Below are positions 1 through 8,344 of a stretch of 64,000 bases of DNA, one piece after another; position 1 is the stretch's first letter, and each line of letters begins with the position of its first letter. Under the pieces are notes generated by a model. That model did no database searches. It saw only the letters and a list, made by a program, of their open reading frames with translations, and was not told where the DNA came from. Source of the stretch: Oscillospiraceae bacterium (GTDB taxonomy: Bacteria; Bacillota; Clostridia; Oscillospirales; Ruminococcaceae); contig JAKSPK010000003.1 in NCBI GenBank assembly GCA_024404875.1, forward strand, positions 16,497-80,496, given 5' to 3'. Made by a program: the position numbers and the translations under genes.

Positions 1-1353
1 GACACAGCCCTGTGCCTTCATAGCCTCTGCAACCTTCAGGAAACCTGCGATATTTGCACCTGCAACGAGGTCATCGCCGAGACCGTAGGTATTCGCAGCC
101 TCGATGGAAGCCTTGAAGATGTTCGCCATGATGCCCTTCAGCTTTGCATCGACTTCTTCAGCAGTCCAGCTCAGGCGCTCGCTGTTCTGGGACATTTCCA
201 GACCGGAAACTGCAACACCGCCGGCGTTGACAGCCTTGGACGGCGCAACAATGACGCCTGCTTCCTTCAGCAGAGCAATCGCCTCGTTGGTGGTCGGCAT
301 ATTTGCGACCTCAACATAATACTTCACACCGTTTGCAACGATCTGCTTTGCTTCTTCAAGGCCAACCTCATTCTGGGTTGCGCACGGCATGAGGATATCA
401 GCCTTGACACCCCACGGCTTCTGGCCAGCGAAGAACTGTGCAGACGGGAACTTGTCGGCATAGTCCTGTGCGCGGTTGCGGCAGGATGCTCTCATTTCGA
501 GCAGGAAATCAACCTTTTCGTCCGTGGAGATACCGTCCGGATCATAGACGTATCCGTCCGGTCCGGAGATCGTGACAACCTTACCGCCGAGCTCGTTGAC
601 CTTCTTGATGGTGCCCCATGCAACATTGCCGAAACCGGAAACTGCAAAGGTCTTGCCCTTGATCTCATCCTTAAAGTAGTCGAGCATATTCTGGACATAG
701 TAGACAGCGCCGTAGCCGGTTGCCTCCGGGCGGATCAGGGAACCGCCGTACGGAATGCCCTTACCGGTCAGAACGCCGGTGAACTCATTCTGGATTCTCT
801 TATACTGACCGAACAGATAGCCGATCTCTCTTGCGCCGACACCGATGTCGCCTGCCGGAACATCGAGGTTCGGGCCGATGTGACGGTAAAGCTCAGTCAT
901 AAAGCTCTGGCAGAAGCGCATGACTTCTGCATCAGACTTGCCCTGCGGATCGAAGTCGGAACCGCCCTTGCCGCCGCCCATCGGAAGAGAAGTCAGGGAG
1001 TTCTTGAAGGTCTGCTCGAAGCCAAGGAACTTGATGATGCCGATGTAGACATTCTTTGCGAAGCGGAGGCCGCCCTTGTACGGACCGATCGCGGAGTTGA
1101 ACTGAACGCGGAAGCCGCGGTTAACCTGCTGCTTGCCGTTATCGTCGATCCACGGAACACGGAAGATGATCTGACGCTCCGGCTCGACCATGCGCTCGAT
1201 CACGCCTGCCTCGACCAGATCAGGTCTCTTTTCGACAACCGGCTCCAGAGTGCTGAGCACTTCTGTGACGGTCTGGAGGAATTCCGGCTCGTTCGGGTTG
1301 CGCTTTTCAACCTGTTCGTAGACGGATTTGAGGTATGCATTCTTCAATTCCAT
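1..1353 (-). CDS. gdhA: NADP-specific glutamate dehydrogenase (C-terminus cut by window edge)
   Basis: Absent from the ORF track because it runs off the window. Manual reverse translation from ATG at 1353 (SD AAGGAG upstream) gives MELKNAYLKSVYEQVEKRNPNEPEFLQTV...GPYKGGLRF...PMGGGKGGSDFDPQGKSD..., the Glu/Leu/Phe/Val dehydrogenase signature. 451 codons stay open down to position 1. Confidence 0.9.
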   Translation of the reverse strand, partial: MELKNAYLKSVYEQVEKRNPNEPEFLQTVTEVLSTLEPVVEKRPDLVEAGVIERMVEPERQIIFRVPWIDDNGKQQVNRGFRVQFNSAIGPYKGGLRFAKNVYIGIIKFLGFEQTFKNSLTSLPMGGGKGGSDFDPQGKSDAEVMRFCQSFMTELYRHIGPNLDVPAGDIGVGAREIGYLFGQYKRIQNEFTGVLTGKGIPYGGSLIRPEATGYGAVYYVQNMLDYFKDEIKGKTFAVSGFGNVAWGTIKKVNELGGKVVTISGPDGYVYDPDGISTDEKVDFLLEMRASCRNRAQDYADKFPSAQFFAGQKPWGVKADILMPCATQNEVGLEEAKQIVANGVKYYVEVANMPTTNEAIALLKEAGVIVAPSKAVNAGGVAVSGLEMSQNSERLSWTAEEVDAKLKGIMANIFKASIEAANTYGLGDDLVAGANIAGFLKVAEAMKAQGCV

Positions 1354-1772
1354 TTTTAAAATCTCCTTACAAAATAGCGTTCGGACACGGTTTTGTCCTC
1401 TATCATTATACTGCATTTTGCACAGAATGAAAATGTTCTATTATAACCTATATTAACCCGTATTATTCCGTATATATTGCTATTTTTATTCATTTTTTTC
1501 AAAATAACTGTTATATTGTAGCCCATCAAAATGTTAATATTATATGAACATTGTTAAATTCAAAACGAACTTTTTTATCTATGCAATGCAGTTGACATTC
1601 CTGCTCGGTCAAATCTGATATACACAGCAAATCATATGCCATCTCACTGTATATCGGATACAATTGTAATCAAATTCAGCTAAATAGTCATAGCTTGGTA
1701 TGTAAAATATCAAAATCACATTTCGACTTGATTGTATCTGCTGTGTAATATGCCGAAATATTGGTTTACAGA

Positions 1773-1801
1773 TTGACAAAACACAAAAAAGAATGTATAC
1801 T
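1773..1801 (+). promoter_or_regulatory. Sigma-A-type promoter TTGACA-17-TATACT
   Basis: TTGACA at 1773-1778, a 17-nt spacer, TATACT at 1796-1801. No CDS follows within about 580 nt. Confidence 0.55.
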
Positions 1802-1807
1802 ATATAT

Positions 1808-1912
1808 AGTTTTCACCTGCAGAACGATGTGCGAAAGCGCGTCGATCTGCTTATGGTAACCTCTTTCCTTCATAACGGATGGCTGCACAGCAGACCGTCC
1901 GCTTTTTTTTGC
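1808..1912 (+). ncRNA. Candidate ~100-nt small RNA (promoter, long hairpin, CU-rich single strand, intrinsic terminator)
   Basis: Hairpin 1 spans 1819-1850 (GCAGAACGATGTGCG-AAA-GCGCGTCGATCTGC). A CCTCTTTCCTT linker sits at 1860-1870. The terminator stem CGGATGG/CCGTCCG (1876-1901) is followed by T8 (1903-1910). Confidence 0.4.
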
Positions 1913-2151
1913 CGGCAGTACCGGGAAGGCCGCTTTCGGCCTTGTCTACAGACCAAGACCTGACGCCTATTCTTTGGAATTCATTGTCATATCATTATCG
2001 TATCTCGAATGCAGCTTTCTCAATTTCGCAGTCCCTGTCGTGCCAGCTCTGAGAAACAAATTCCATTATACAAATTTCACGATAATTATTATTGGATATT
2101 CGAGGCACTTGTTTTTCCAGCATTCTTTCCGTCCCGATTTCGCGAAAAAAC

Positions 2152-2180
2152 TTGACAGCGGAGGGGTTATGTGATAAAAT
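2152..2180 (+). promoter_or_regulatory. Sigma-A-type promoter TTGACA-17-TAAAAT with TGn extended -10, driving the CapD-like gene through a ~200-nt leader
   Basis: TTGACA at 2152-2157 and TAAAAT at 2175-2180, preceded by TGA. The leader contains hairpins GCTGTATTC/GAATACAGC and CAGAACG/CGTTCTG. Confidence 0.55.
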
Positions 2181-2388
2181 ATATCTAAAAGCATACATCC
2201 GTGTCTAGCTGTATTCGTTGAATACAGCCTCTCGCCGCATGGGCTGCCTGCCGGCAGTCTATGTGTCTGCTCTGTACACTCTGCATAAATGAGTTACGGG
2301 GCGTGATGTGAAAAAAACGAGATCCTGAAAATTCGGTCATGTCAGAACGACCAAGGACCGGGATCCGTTCTGATATTGAGGTGTAAAA

Positions 2389-3891
2389 ATGGAAAACAAC
2401 GTCCACTCTTTGCGTACCATGATCATCGGCGGCGGCGTTGCTGCAAAAATTCTGCTGACGGAGATCCAGAACGCACGGCAGTCACCATATGAAGGGGATA
2501 AATATGCTGCGCAGTTCGAGCCGGTCTGTATCGTTGACAATGATCCGAAAAAACAGAACATTGAGATCATGGGTGTGAAGGTTGTCGGTACTGCATCAGA
2601 TATTCCGCAGATCGCAAGACGGTATCAGATTGAGCAGATCATTCTGGCCATACCGTCGCTGAAGGAGGATAACCGCAAGCTCCTCATCGATCTTTGCAAT
2701 GAAACCAACCTCCCGCTTAAAATCGTGCCCTTCATCGGTACGCTGCTCCTCGGCAAAAACACAAGTCTGATCGGTCAGGTTCGTGAAATCAAAACAGAGG
2801 AACTGCTCGGCCGGGAACCGGTCAAATTCAACAATCAGGATATCCGTGACTTTATTCATGATAAAGTCTGCATGGTCACAGGCGGCGGCGGCTCGATCGG
2901 TTCAGAGTTGGTACGGCAGATCGCGAAATATAATCCGAAGCAGATCGTGATCGTTGATATCTACGAAAATAATGCTTATGATATTCAGCAAGAGCTTATC
3001 ATGGAGTACGGCGATGGGCTGAATCTTGTGACACTGATTGCATCTGTCCGTGACTACTACCGTATGAATCAGATCTTCGAGAGCTATAAACCGGATGTCG
3101 TGTTCCATGCAGCGGCGCATAAGCATGTTCCGCTGATGGAAACTTCACCGATGGAAGCCATCAAGAATAATGTGATTGGTACATTTAATGTCGCGACACT
3201 TGCGCAGTATCATAAAGTCCGGAAATTTGTCATGATCTCAACAGATAAGGCGGTCAATCCGACCAACGCAATGGGTGCTTCCAAGCGCTGCTGTGAGATG
3301 ATCGTGCAGTATCTTGCACAGCAGCATGGGGAATGCACGGAATTTGTGGCGACGCGCTTCGGCAATGTGCTCGGCTCCAACGGCTCCGTAATCCCGATCT
3401 TCAAAAAACAGATTGAGCAAGGCAAACCTGTTACCGTGACACATCCGGATATTATCCGCTATTTTATGACAATCCCCGAAGCCGTCAGTCTGGTGTTAGA
3501 GGCTGCGGCTATGGCAAAGGGCGGCGAGATCTTTGTGCTGGATATGGGCAAACCGGTCAGGATTGTCACGCTGGCAGAAAACCTCATCCGTATGTACGGC
3601 AAGGAGCCCTATGTCGATGTGGAGATCAAGTTCACCGGTCTGCGTCCAGGTGAAAAACTGATGGAAGAACTGCTCATGAAGGAGGAAGGACTTGAACGCA
3701 CCTCCAACAAGCTCATCTATATCGGCAAGCAGATCGAAATAGACTCGGAAAGCTTTGTTAAGGCGCTCAGGGAACTGAGAGATGCGGCAAAGAAAAATGA
3801 CGATGCAATCGCCATTGCCGCACTGCATAAAATGGTTCCGACCTTTACCACTCCGGAAGAATTCAACCGGCTGGCGCTGTCCGGTGTCTGA
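2389..3891 (+). CDS. Polysaccharide biosynthesis protein, CapD/PglF-like NDP-sugar 4,6-dehydratase/epimerase (soluble form, no N-terminal TM region)
   Basis: 500 aa, SD GAGGTG. There are two Rossmann motifs (IIGGGVAAK and VTGGGGSIGSEL), and MGASKRCCE and FGNVLGSNGSVIP resemble the CapD family. Confidence 0.8.
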   Translation: MENNVHSLRTMIIGGGVAAKILLTEIQNARQSPYEGDKYAAQFEPVCIVDNDPKKQNIEIMGVKVVGTASDIPQIARRYQIEQIILAIPSLKEDNRKLLIDLCNETNLPLKIVPFIGTLLLGKNTSLIGQVREIKTEELLGREPVKFNNQDIRDFIHDKVCMVTGGGGSIGSELVRQIAKYNPKQIVIVDIYENNAYDIQQELIMEYGDGLNLVTLIASVRDYYRMNQIFESYKPDVVFHAAAHKHVPLMETSPMEAIKNNVIGTFNVATLAQYHKVRKFVMISTDKAVNPTNAMGASKRCCEMIVQYLAQQHGECTEFVATRFGNVLGSNGSVIPIFKKQIEQGKPVTVTHPDIIRYFMTIPEAVSLVLEAAAMAKGGEIFVLDMGKPVRIVTLAENLIRMYGKEPYVDVEIKFTGLRPGEKLMEELLMKEEGLERTSNKLIYIGKQIEIDSESFVKALRELRDAAKKNDDAIAIAALHKMVPTFTTPEEFNRLALSGV

Positions 3892-3940
3892 TGCGGAATA
3901 CCACGACGGCCAGAAGATCAGATAAAATACAATGCTATAC

Positions 3941-3992
3941 AAAAAGCAGTTATACAAAGCGATTTTTCGCTCCGTATAACTGCTTTTCTTTC
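3941..3992. terminator. Bidirectional intrinsic terminator between convergent genes
   Basis: Perfect 12-bp stem AAGCAGTTATAC/GTATAACTGCTT, with T-rich runs on both strands (TTTCTTTCC on +, TTTTTGTAT on -). Confidence 0.7.
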
Positions 3993-4097
3993 CATATGCA
4001 TATTTGAATCTCCGAGCATGGCGAAATGAATCGAGTTATAGTATACCATATGCTGCATAGAATGACAAACAGCCAGAAAAGGTCTGCCCTGCACGCA

Positions 4098-4727
4098 TCA
4101 CCCGCCCTGCATGAGCCAGGAAAATGCCTTTGCCGTACGGAGATCCGGCTCGGTAAAATGGCCGCCCTTATTCCATTCAAGCGTACAGGCTATGCCCTGC
4201 GATTGCAGCAGTGCGAAGTCTGCACGGATGCAGTCGCCGACCGCCGACATAACTGAATGCCGCGTCTTTTCCTCGCGGTCACCAAGACTCAAATATACCC
4301 TGCCTGTCCGAAGCAAATGCGTCTGCATATACGCAGAAAAATCCGGAAACCAGACCGACGGCGATGCTGCCGCAATGCCCGTGAAAAGATCCGTCTGATA
4401 TGCCGCCCAGAGCGCAAAAAGCCCCGCCAGCGAATAACCGCCCAGGTAATAGGTTTTGCTGCTGTCGGCACAAAGCGATAAGATCTGTGCAAGCGTTTCC
4501 GCTGCGCCGCCGCCGAACGGTTCATCACCGAATACTGCCGGAGCCTGCCACGGCGAAAGCGCATGATTCCAGCGATCGGTCTTGACTGCGACCAACTGAA
4601 AATCCTGCTTTGTCATCTCGCGGATCAGCCTGATTTCGGTGTCAATCGCTGAAAGATCATAAGCATTGACAGGCTGAATCAGAACAGTCTTCGCATCGCG
4701 GCCGAATTCAATGATCTCCATGAGCAT
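4098..4727 (-). CDS. Alpha/beta-fold hydrolase (putative esterase)
   Basis: 209 aa with nucleophile elbow G-Y-S-L-A-G in YYLGGYSLAGLFALWAAY. The SD GGAGG abuts the first ATG, so the true start may be the second ATG at 4721. Confidence 0.6.
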   Translation of the reverse strand: MLMEIIEFGRDAKTVLIQPVNAYDLSAIDTEIRLIREMTKQDFQLVAVKTDRWNHALSPWQAPAVFGDEPFGGGAAETLAQILSLCADSSKTYYLGGYSLAGLFALWAAYQTDLFTGIAAASPSVWFPDFSAYMQTHLLRTGRVYLSLGDREEKTRHSVMSAVGDCIRADFALLQSQGIACTLEWNKGGHFTEPDLRTAKAFSWLMQGG

Positions 4728-4851
4728 CCTCCATAGTATACATTCTTTTCCTTAGCTTCCGGCCAGAACAACACGAAATTATCCGTTCTCCGACGGCTGT
4801 CTCTATCCGGCGGGCTGCGGCACCGGGTTAATCCCCCTCACACCATAAATA

Positions 4852-4883
4852 GCGCCCCCGCAGAAAATGATTCTGCGGGGGCG
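4852..4883 (-). terminator. Hairpin terminator after coaX
   Basis: GC-rich stem CGCCCCCGCAGAA/TTCTGCGGGGGCG lies 20 nt downstream of the coaX stop. The U-tract on the minus strand is weak (CTATTTAT). Confidence 0.5.
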
Positions 4884-4902
4884 TCCGCTTGGGTTTTGTT
4901 AT

Positions 4903-5703
4903 TTATGCTTCGGAGCCGGAGACTTTCCCGGAATTTGTCGCTGTATTGCGCTGATAGATCAGCATCAGTCCCTTGAGCAGCAGATGCTCGTCATGAATGA
5001 TCTTTCGTCGGCAGAAGGGAATGATGCGCGGTGCATTGCCGCCGGTCGCTACGACCGTACACGGCTGTCCCAGTTCCTCCTCAATGCGTGCGGTCACGCC
5101 GTCGATCGCGCAGGCGGTGCTGTATATAATCCCGCTTTTCAGGCAATCAACGGTATTCGCTGCAATGAGCTTTTTCGGCGGTTCAAGTGATATTTCCGGC
5201 AGCTGTGCGGCGCGTCCTGTGAGTGAATCCAGCGCAACACGCACACCGGGAATGATGATCCCGCCGATAAATGTTTTGCTCGCATCGACAACGGAAACCG
5301 TCGTCGCTGTGCCCATATCGACAGTAATGACCGGACAGGGATAATAATGGGAAGCAGCAGCAGCATCTGCGACACGGTCACTGCCGAGCGCTGCAGGATT
5401 GTCCACATGAATTTTCAGACCGGTTTTTACCCCTGCGCCCAGAACCAACGGCTCTTTCCCAGTCATCCGAAGAATTGAGCTTCGGACGGTCTGCGTGACA
5501 GGCGGCACGACAGACGAAATGATACATCCATCGAAATCCCGGAAGTCCATGTCATTCAGCTCAAGGACGGTTTGGATCAGGACAATGTATTCCAGATCGG
5601 TTGAAAGCCGTTCCGTTGACATCCGCTCCATAAAGATGATCCTGTCATCTTCAAAGCTGCTGACAACGATATTTGTATTGCCGATATCGACAGCCAGAAT
5701 CAT
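4903..5703 (-). CDS. coaX: Type III pantothenate kinase
   Basis: 266 aa. The N-terminus MILAVDIGNTNIV and the ...ATGGNA... segment are typical of the CoaX/acetate-sugar kinase fold. The start lies 3 nt after the upstream stop. Confidence 0.9.
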   Translation of the reverse strand: MILAVDIGNTNIVVSSFEDDRIIFMERMSTERLSTDLEYIVLIQTVLELNDMDFRDFDGCIISSVVPPVTQTVRSSILRMTGKEPLVLGAGVKTGLKIHVDNPAALGSDRVADAAAASHYYPCPVITVDMGTATTVSVVDASKTFIGGIIIPGVRVALDSLTGRAAQLPEISLEPPKKLIAANTVDCLKSGIIYSTACAIDGVTARIEEELGQPCTVVATGGNAPRIIPFCRRKIIHDEHLLLKGLMLIYQRNTATNSGKVSGSEA

Positions 5704-5706
5704 AAT

Positions 5707-6348
5707 TTACGCTCCGTTGGATTTGTTCATCGGGAGAATGTGCGAGGCATAGAGCGCGGTGCCAACACCGCCGCTGACAATCGTAGAGACGATCATCTCG
5801 ACAACAGCATTGAGGCCGACAAACGCACAGATAAACAGGAATGTGCCGCTGAGAGACTGTTCCTGACCGAATTTCTGATAGAGTCCCTGCACATATTCGG
5901 TTTTGCCGAAGAGCAGGACGAGTCCGGTCATGAAGAAGGCCGTGTTAAGAAATGCGGAGCAGAAGCCCGTGATGAAGCTCGACACCTTTCCGCCGATCTT
6001 TTTTTCAAGCGCCTGATGCAGCAGGCCGAGCAGCAGACCGTCCAGTGCACGCGGAACAAATCGCTGCACGAATGCGAGGAACGGGTTGATGTCGAACAGA
6101 ATCGCGCCCATGCCGCTCGGTACACCAATGCCGATGCACTGTAAAAAGCTCAGCAGGCCGAATACGGATCCCATGACGAGGCCGCCTACAGGTCCGAGTG
6201 CGATCGCTGCGATCGCGACAGGAATGATGTTGAGTGTGATCGAGAGCGGCCCAATCGGAATGGTACCGATCGGTGTGAATGAGAACAGCAGCAGGACTGC
6301 TGTCATCAGACCGAGGATCACGATTGCCTTGGTTTTGGTGCTTTTCAT
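5707..6348 (-). CDS. ECF-transporter substrate-specific (S) component, PanT-like by context
   Basis: 213 aa, about 6 TM, SD AAGGAGG. It sits immediately upstream of and is coupled to coaX, which suggests pantothenate specificity (inference). Confidence 0.6.
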   Translation of the reverse strand: MKSTKTKAIVILGLMTAVLLLFSFTPIGTIPIGPLSITLNIIPVAIAAIALGPVGGLVMGSVFGLLSFLQCIGIGVPSGMGAILFDINPFLAFVQRFVPRALDGLLLGLLHQALEKKIGGKVSSFITGFCSAFLNTAFFMTGLVLLFGKTEYVQGLYQKFGQEQSLSGTFLFICAFVGLNAVVEMIVSTIVSGGVGTALYASHILPMNKSNGA

Positions 6349-6407
6349 TTTAAAGATTCCTCCTTGTTGTTATCATTCCCCTTTCGGGGATACAATACAG
6401 CAACATC

Positions 6408-6436
6408 ATTATAGCGCAAAAAAAAGCAAATGTAAA
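6408..6436 (-). promoter_or_regulatory. Sigma-A-type promoter TTTACA-17-TATAAT for the S-component/coaX operon
   Basis: Read on the minus strand as TTTACAtttgcttttttttgcgcTATAAT. Confidence 0.55.
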
Positions 6437-6467
6437 CAAATTCCGGCAGATTCGTCAAAACTGCCGG
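6434..6467 (-). terminator. Intrinsic terminator (CCGGCAG/CTGCCGG plus T-rich tail)
   Basis: The minus strand reads CCGGCAGttttgacgaatCTGCCGGaatttgttt. It lies just downstream of the decayed small ORF at 6495-6693. Confidence 0.5.
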
Positions 6468-6740
6468 ATTCCCGTATCAAACCGAAATGTGAATTTATAT
6501 ATTCAGCCATGCATCAACCATTGTTTTGCCAGGCCGAGCCTGGATCCATTTTGAGATCAGGCTGCGGAGATCGGGAAGAGCATTGAAGAAAAAGCAGAAT
6601 CTGCCTGTATTTGTCTATGGGAAGCTCGATCATCTCATAACCGATTCGCACATACGGATTATTTTTCTCACCATTGAACGCTGTGAGCGGCATATTTATA
6701 GTATGCTTTCGGAGTGATACATAGAATCCATCCCTGCCAC

Positions 6741-6780
6741 CAAAAATGCCAAAAGACCCGGACAGTTTCAACTGTCCGGG
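6741..6780 (-). terminator. Intrinsic terminator after lysA
   Basis: The minus strand reads CCCGGACAGttgaaaCTGTCCGGGtcttttggcattttt, a 9-bp GC-rich stem plus a U-rich tail. Confidence 0.75.
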
Positions 6781-6919
6781 TTGATTGATGTAACAACAAC
6801 CTCTTGACGCAATTTGACTTTCTTTTGGCTGCAAGGTTTTGTTTTTGAAATAAGGCACTGCTGTTTTGGCGCAGCAGATACGGATGACAGTACGAACGCT
6901 GTATAATCCGTGTCGTATT

Positions 6920-8188
6920 TCACTTCCGATATTTGTCCATGATATCGCAGAAATCAAAGGTTGCAAAATAATCAGCCGGTGTCTCTGCTCGGCGAATCAG
7001 CTTCACATTGCCGTCCTCGCAGAACAGCAGCTCCGCAGAACGCAGCTTTCCGTTATAGTTATAGCCCATAGAAAAACCGTGTGCGCCGGTATCGTGAATA
7101 TAAAGCAGATCACCGATTTCCACTGGCGGCAGCATCCGGTCAATCGCGAATTTGTCGTTGTTTTCGCACAGGCCGCCGGTTACATCGCAGAGATAAGAAC
7201 AGGGCTCGTCCTCTTTACCCAGCACAGTGATATGGTGATAAGCGCCGTATATGGCAGGACGCATCAGGTTTGCAGCGCAGGCATCGCAGCCGACATATTC
7301 TTTGTAGATATGTTTTTTGTGCAGAACGCGTGTGATCAGTCCGCCGAAAGGCGCGAGCATGAATCTGCCCATTTCCGTAAAAATCGCAACATCGCTGAGT
7401 CCTGCCGGAACAAGGATTTCCTCAAATACCCTGCGCACGCCCTCACCGATCGCGAGAATGTCATTCGGTGTCTGATCGGGATGATATGCCACGCCGACAC
7501 CGCCGGAAAGATTGATAAAGCGGATATCTGCGCCGGTCTCCTTTTTCAGATCAGCGGCGAGCTGAAACATCTCCCGCGCAAGCGTCGGATAGTATTCATT
7601 CGTGACAGTGTTCGATGCGAGAAATGCGTGGATGCCAAAATGCTTTGCACCCTTCTGCATCAGCATTCTGAAGCCCTCAAACATCTGCTCGCGGGTAAAG
7701 CCGTATTTTGCATCCTGCGGCTTATCCATTACGAATGTCGAGATCTTGAAATCGCCGCCGGCGTTGAATCGGCAGCAGATTGTTTCCGGAATGCCGGTCA
7801 GTTTTTCGAGGTATTCGATATGCGTGATATCATCGAGATTGATGTATGCACCGAGCTGATACGCAAGCTGATAATCCGCAGCCGGTGTCACATTCGATGA
7901 AAACATGATATCGCTGCCGGAAAAACCGCAGGCATCAGCCATTTGCAGCTCGGTCAGCGAGGAGCAGTCCGCACCGCATCCTTCCTCCTGCAGAATCTTC
8001 AGGATAAACGGATTCGGCGTTGCTTTGACTGCAAAATATTCGCGGAAGCCCTTATTCCATGCAAATGCCTGCTTGACAAGTCGTGCATTCTCTCGGATAC
8101 CGCGCTCATCGTAGATATGAAACGGCGTCGGATACTGCGCAGTGATCTCCTCAGCCTGCTCTTTTGTAATAAAGGGTGTTTTCTTCAT
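6920..8188 (-). CDS. lysA: Diaminopimelate decarboxylase (PLP-dependent Orn/DAP/Arg decarboxylase family)
   Basis: YFAVKATPNP carries the PLP lysine, and the protein has the fold-type III decarboxylase layout. It follows dapL and a dapF domain on the same strand. The start was chosen at the second ATG (MKKTPF, SD GAGGA 9 nt upstream); the ORF track start is 8203. Confidence 0.75.
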   Translation of the reverse strand: MKKTPFITKEQAEEITAQYPTPFHIYDERGIRENARLVKQAFAWNKGFREYFAVKATPNPFILKILQEEGCGADCSSLTELQMADACGFSGSDIMFSSNVTPAADYQLAYQLGAYINLDDITHIEYLEKLTGIPETICCRFNAGGDFKISTFVMDKPQDAKYGFTREQMFEGFRMLMQKGAKHFGIHAFLASNTVTNEYYPTLAREMFQLAADLKKETGADIRFINLSGGVGVAYHPDQTPNDILAIGEGVRRVFEEILVPAGLSDVAIFTEMGRFMLAPFGGLITRVLHKKHIYKEYVGCDACAANLMRPAIYGAYHHITVLGKEDEPCSYLCDVTGGLCENNDKFAIDRMLPPVEIGDLLYIHDTGAHGFSMGYNYNGKLRSAELLFCEDGNVKLIRRAETPADYFATFDFCDIMDKYRK

Positions 8189-8344
8189 TATTCTATTCCT
8201 CATCCTAACATCTCATGTTTTGATTGCCTTTTTGTTACAAACCGGTATTTATCTGACTGCAGCAGAAAAGAGTCATATATGCGCGAGATTCGGCGTATGG
8301 GCGAGGCCATGCCATGAGCCGAACACCGGCGCGGACTCTGCGCA

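Noticed and set aside
880-1359. 159-aa plus-strand ORF at the left edge
   Set aside because: It lies inside and antisense to gdhA. gdhA is missing from the track only because it runs off the window.
1826-1858. Possible 10-codon leader peptide MCESASICLW ending in Trp inside the candidate sRNA
   Set aside because: It has no Shine-Dalgarno, the ATG is buried in the first hairpin, and no downstream gene is attenuated by it.
1974-2570. Cluster of 66-77-aa ORFs on both strands in the AT-rich intergenic region
   Set aside because: They overlap one another, lack SDs, span promoter elements and have non-protein-like composition.
6514-6966. 150-aa minus-strand ORF
   Set aside because: Its 5' part overlaps the end of lysA and reads through the lysA terminator. 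Only the distal part (6495-6693) is discussed, as a decayed small ORF.
6866-7900. 344-aa plus-strand ORF
   Set aside because: It is entirely antisense to lysA. The sequence is low-complexity and Arg/Cys-rich, with no SD. It is a typical shadow ORF of a GC-rich coding region.
8189-8344. Possible lysine (L-box) riboswitch between dapL and lysA
   Set aside because: The spacer is only about 150 nt, and I could not find the conserved L-box blocks or a terminator. lysA is most likely co-transcribed with dapL.
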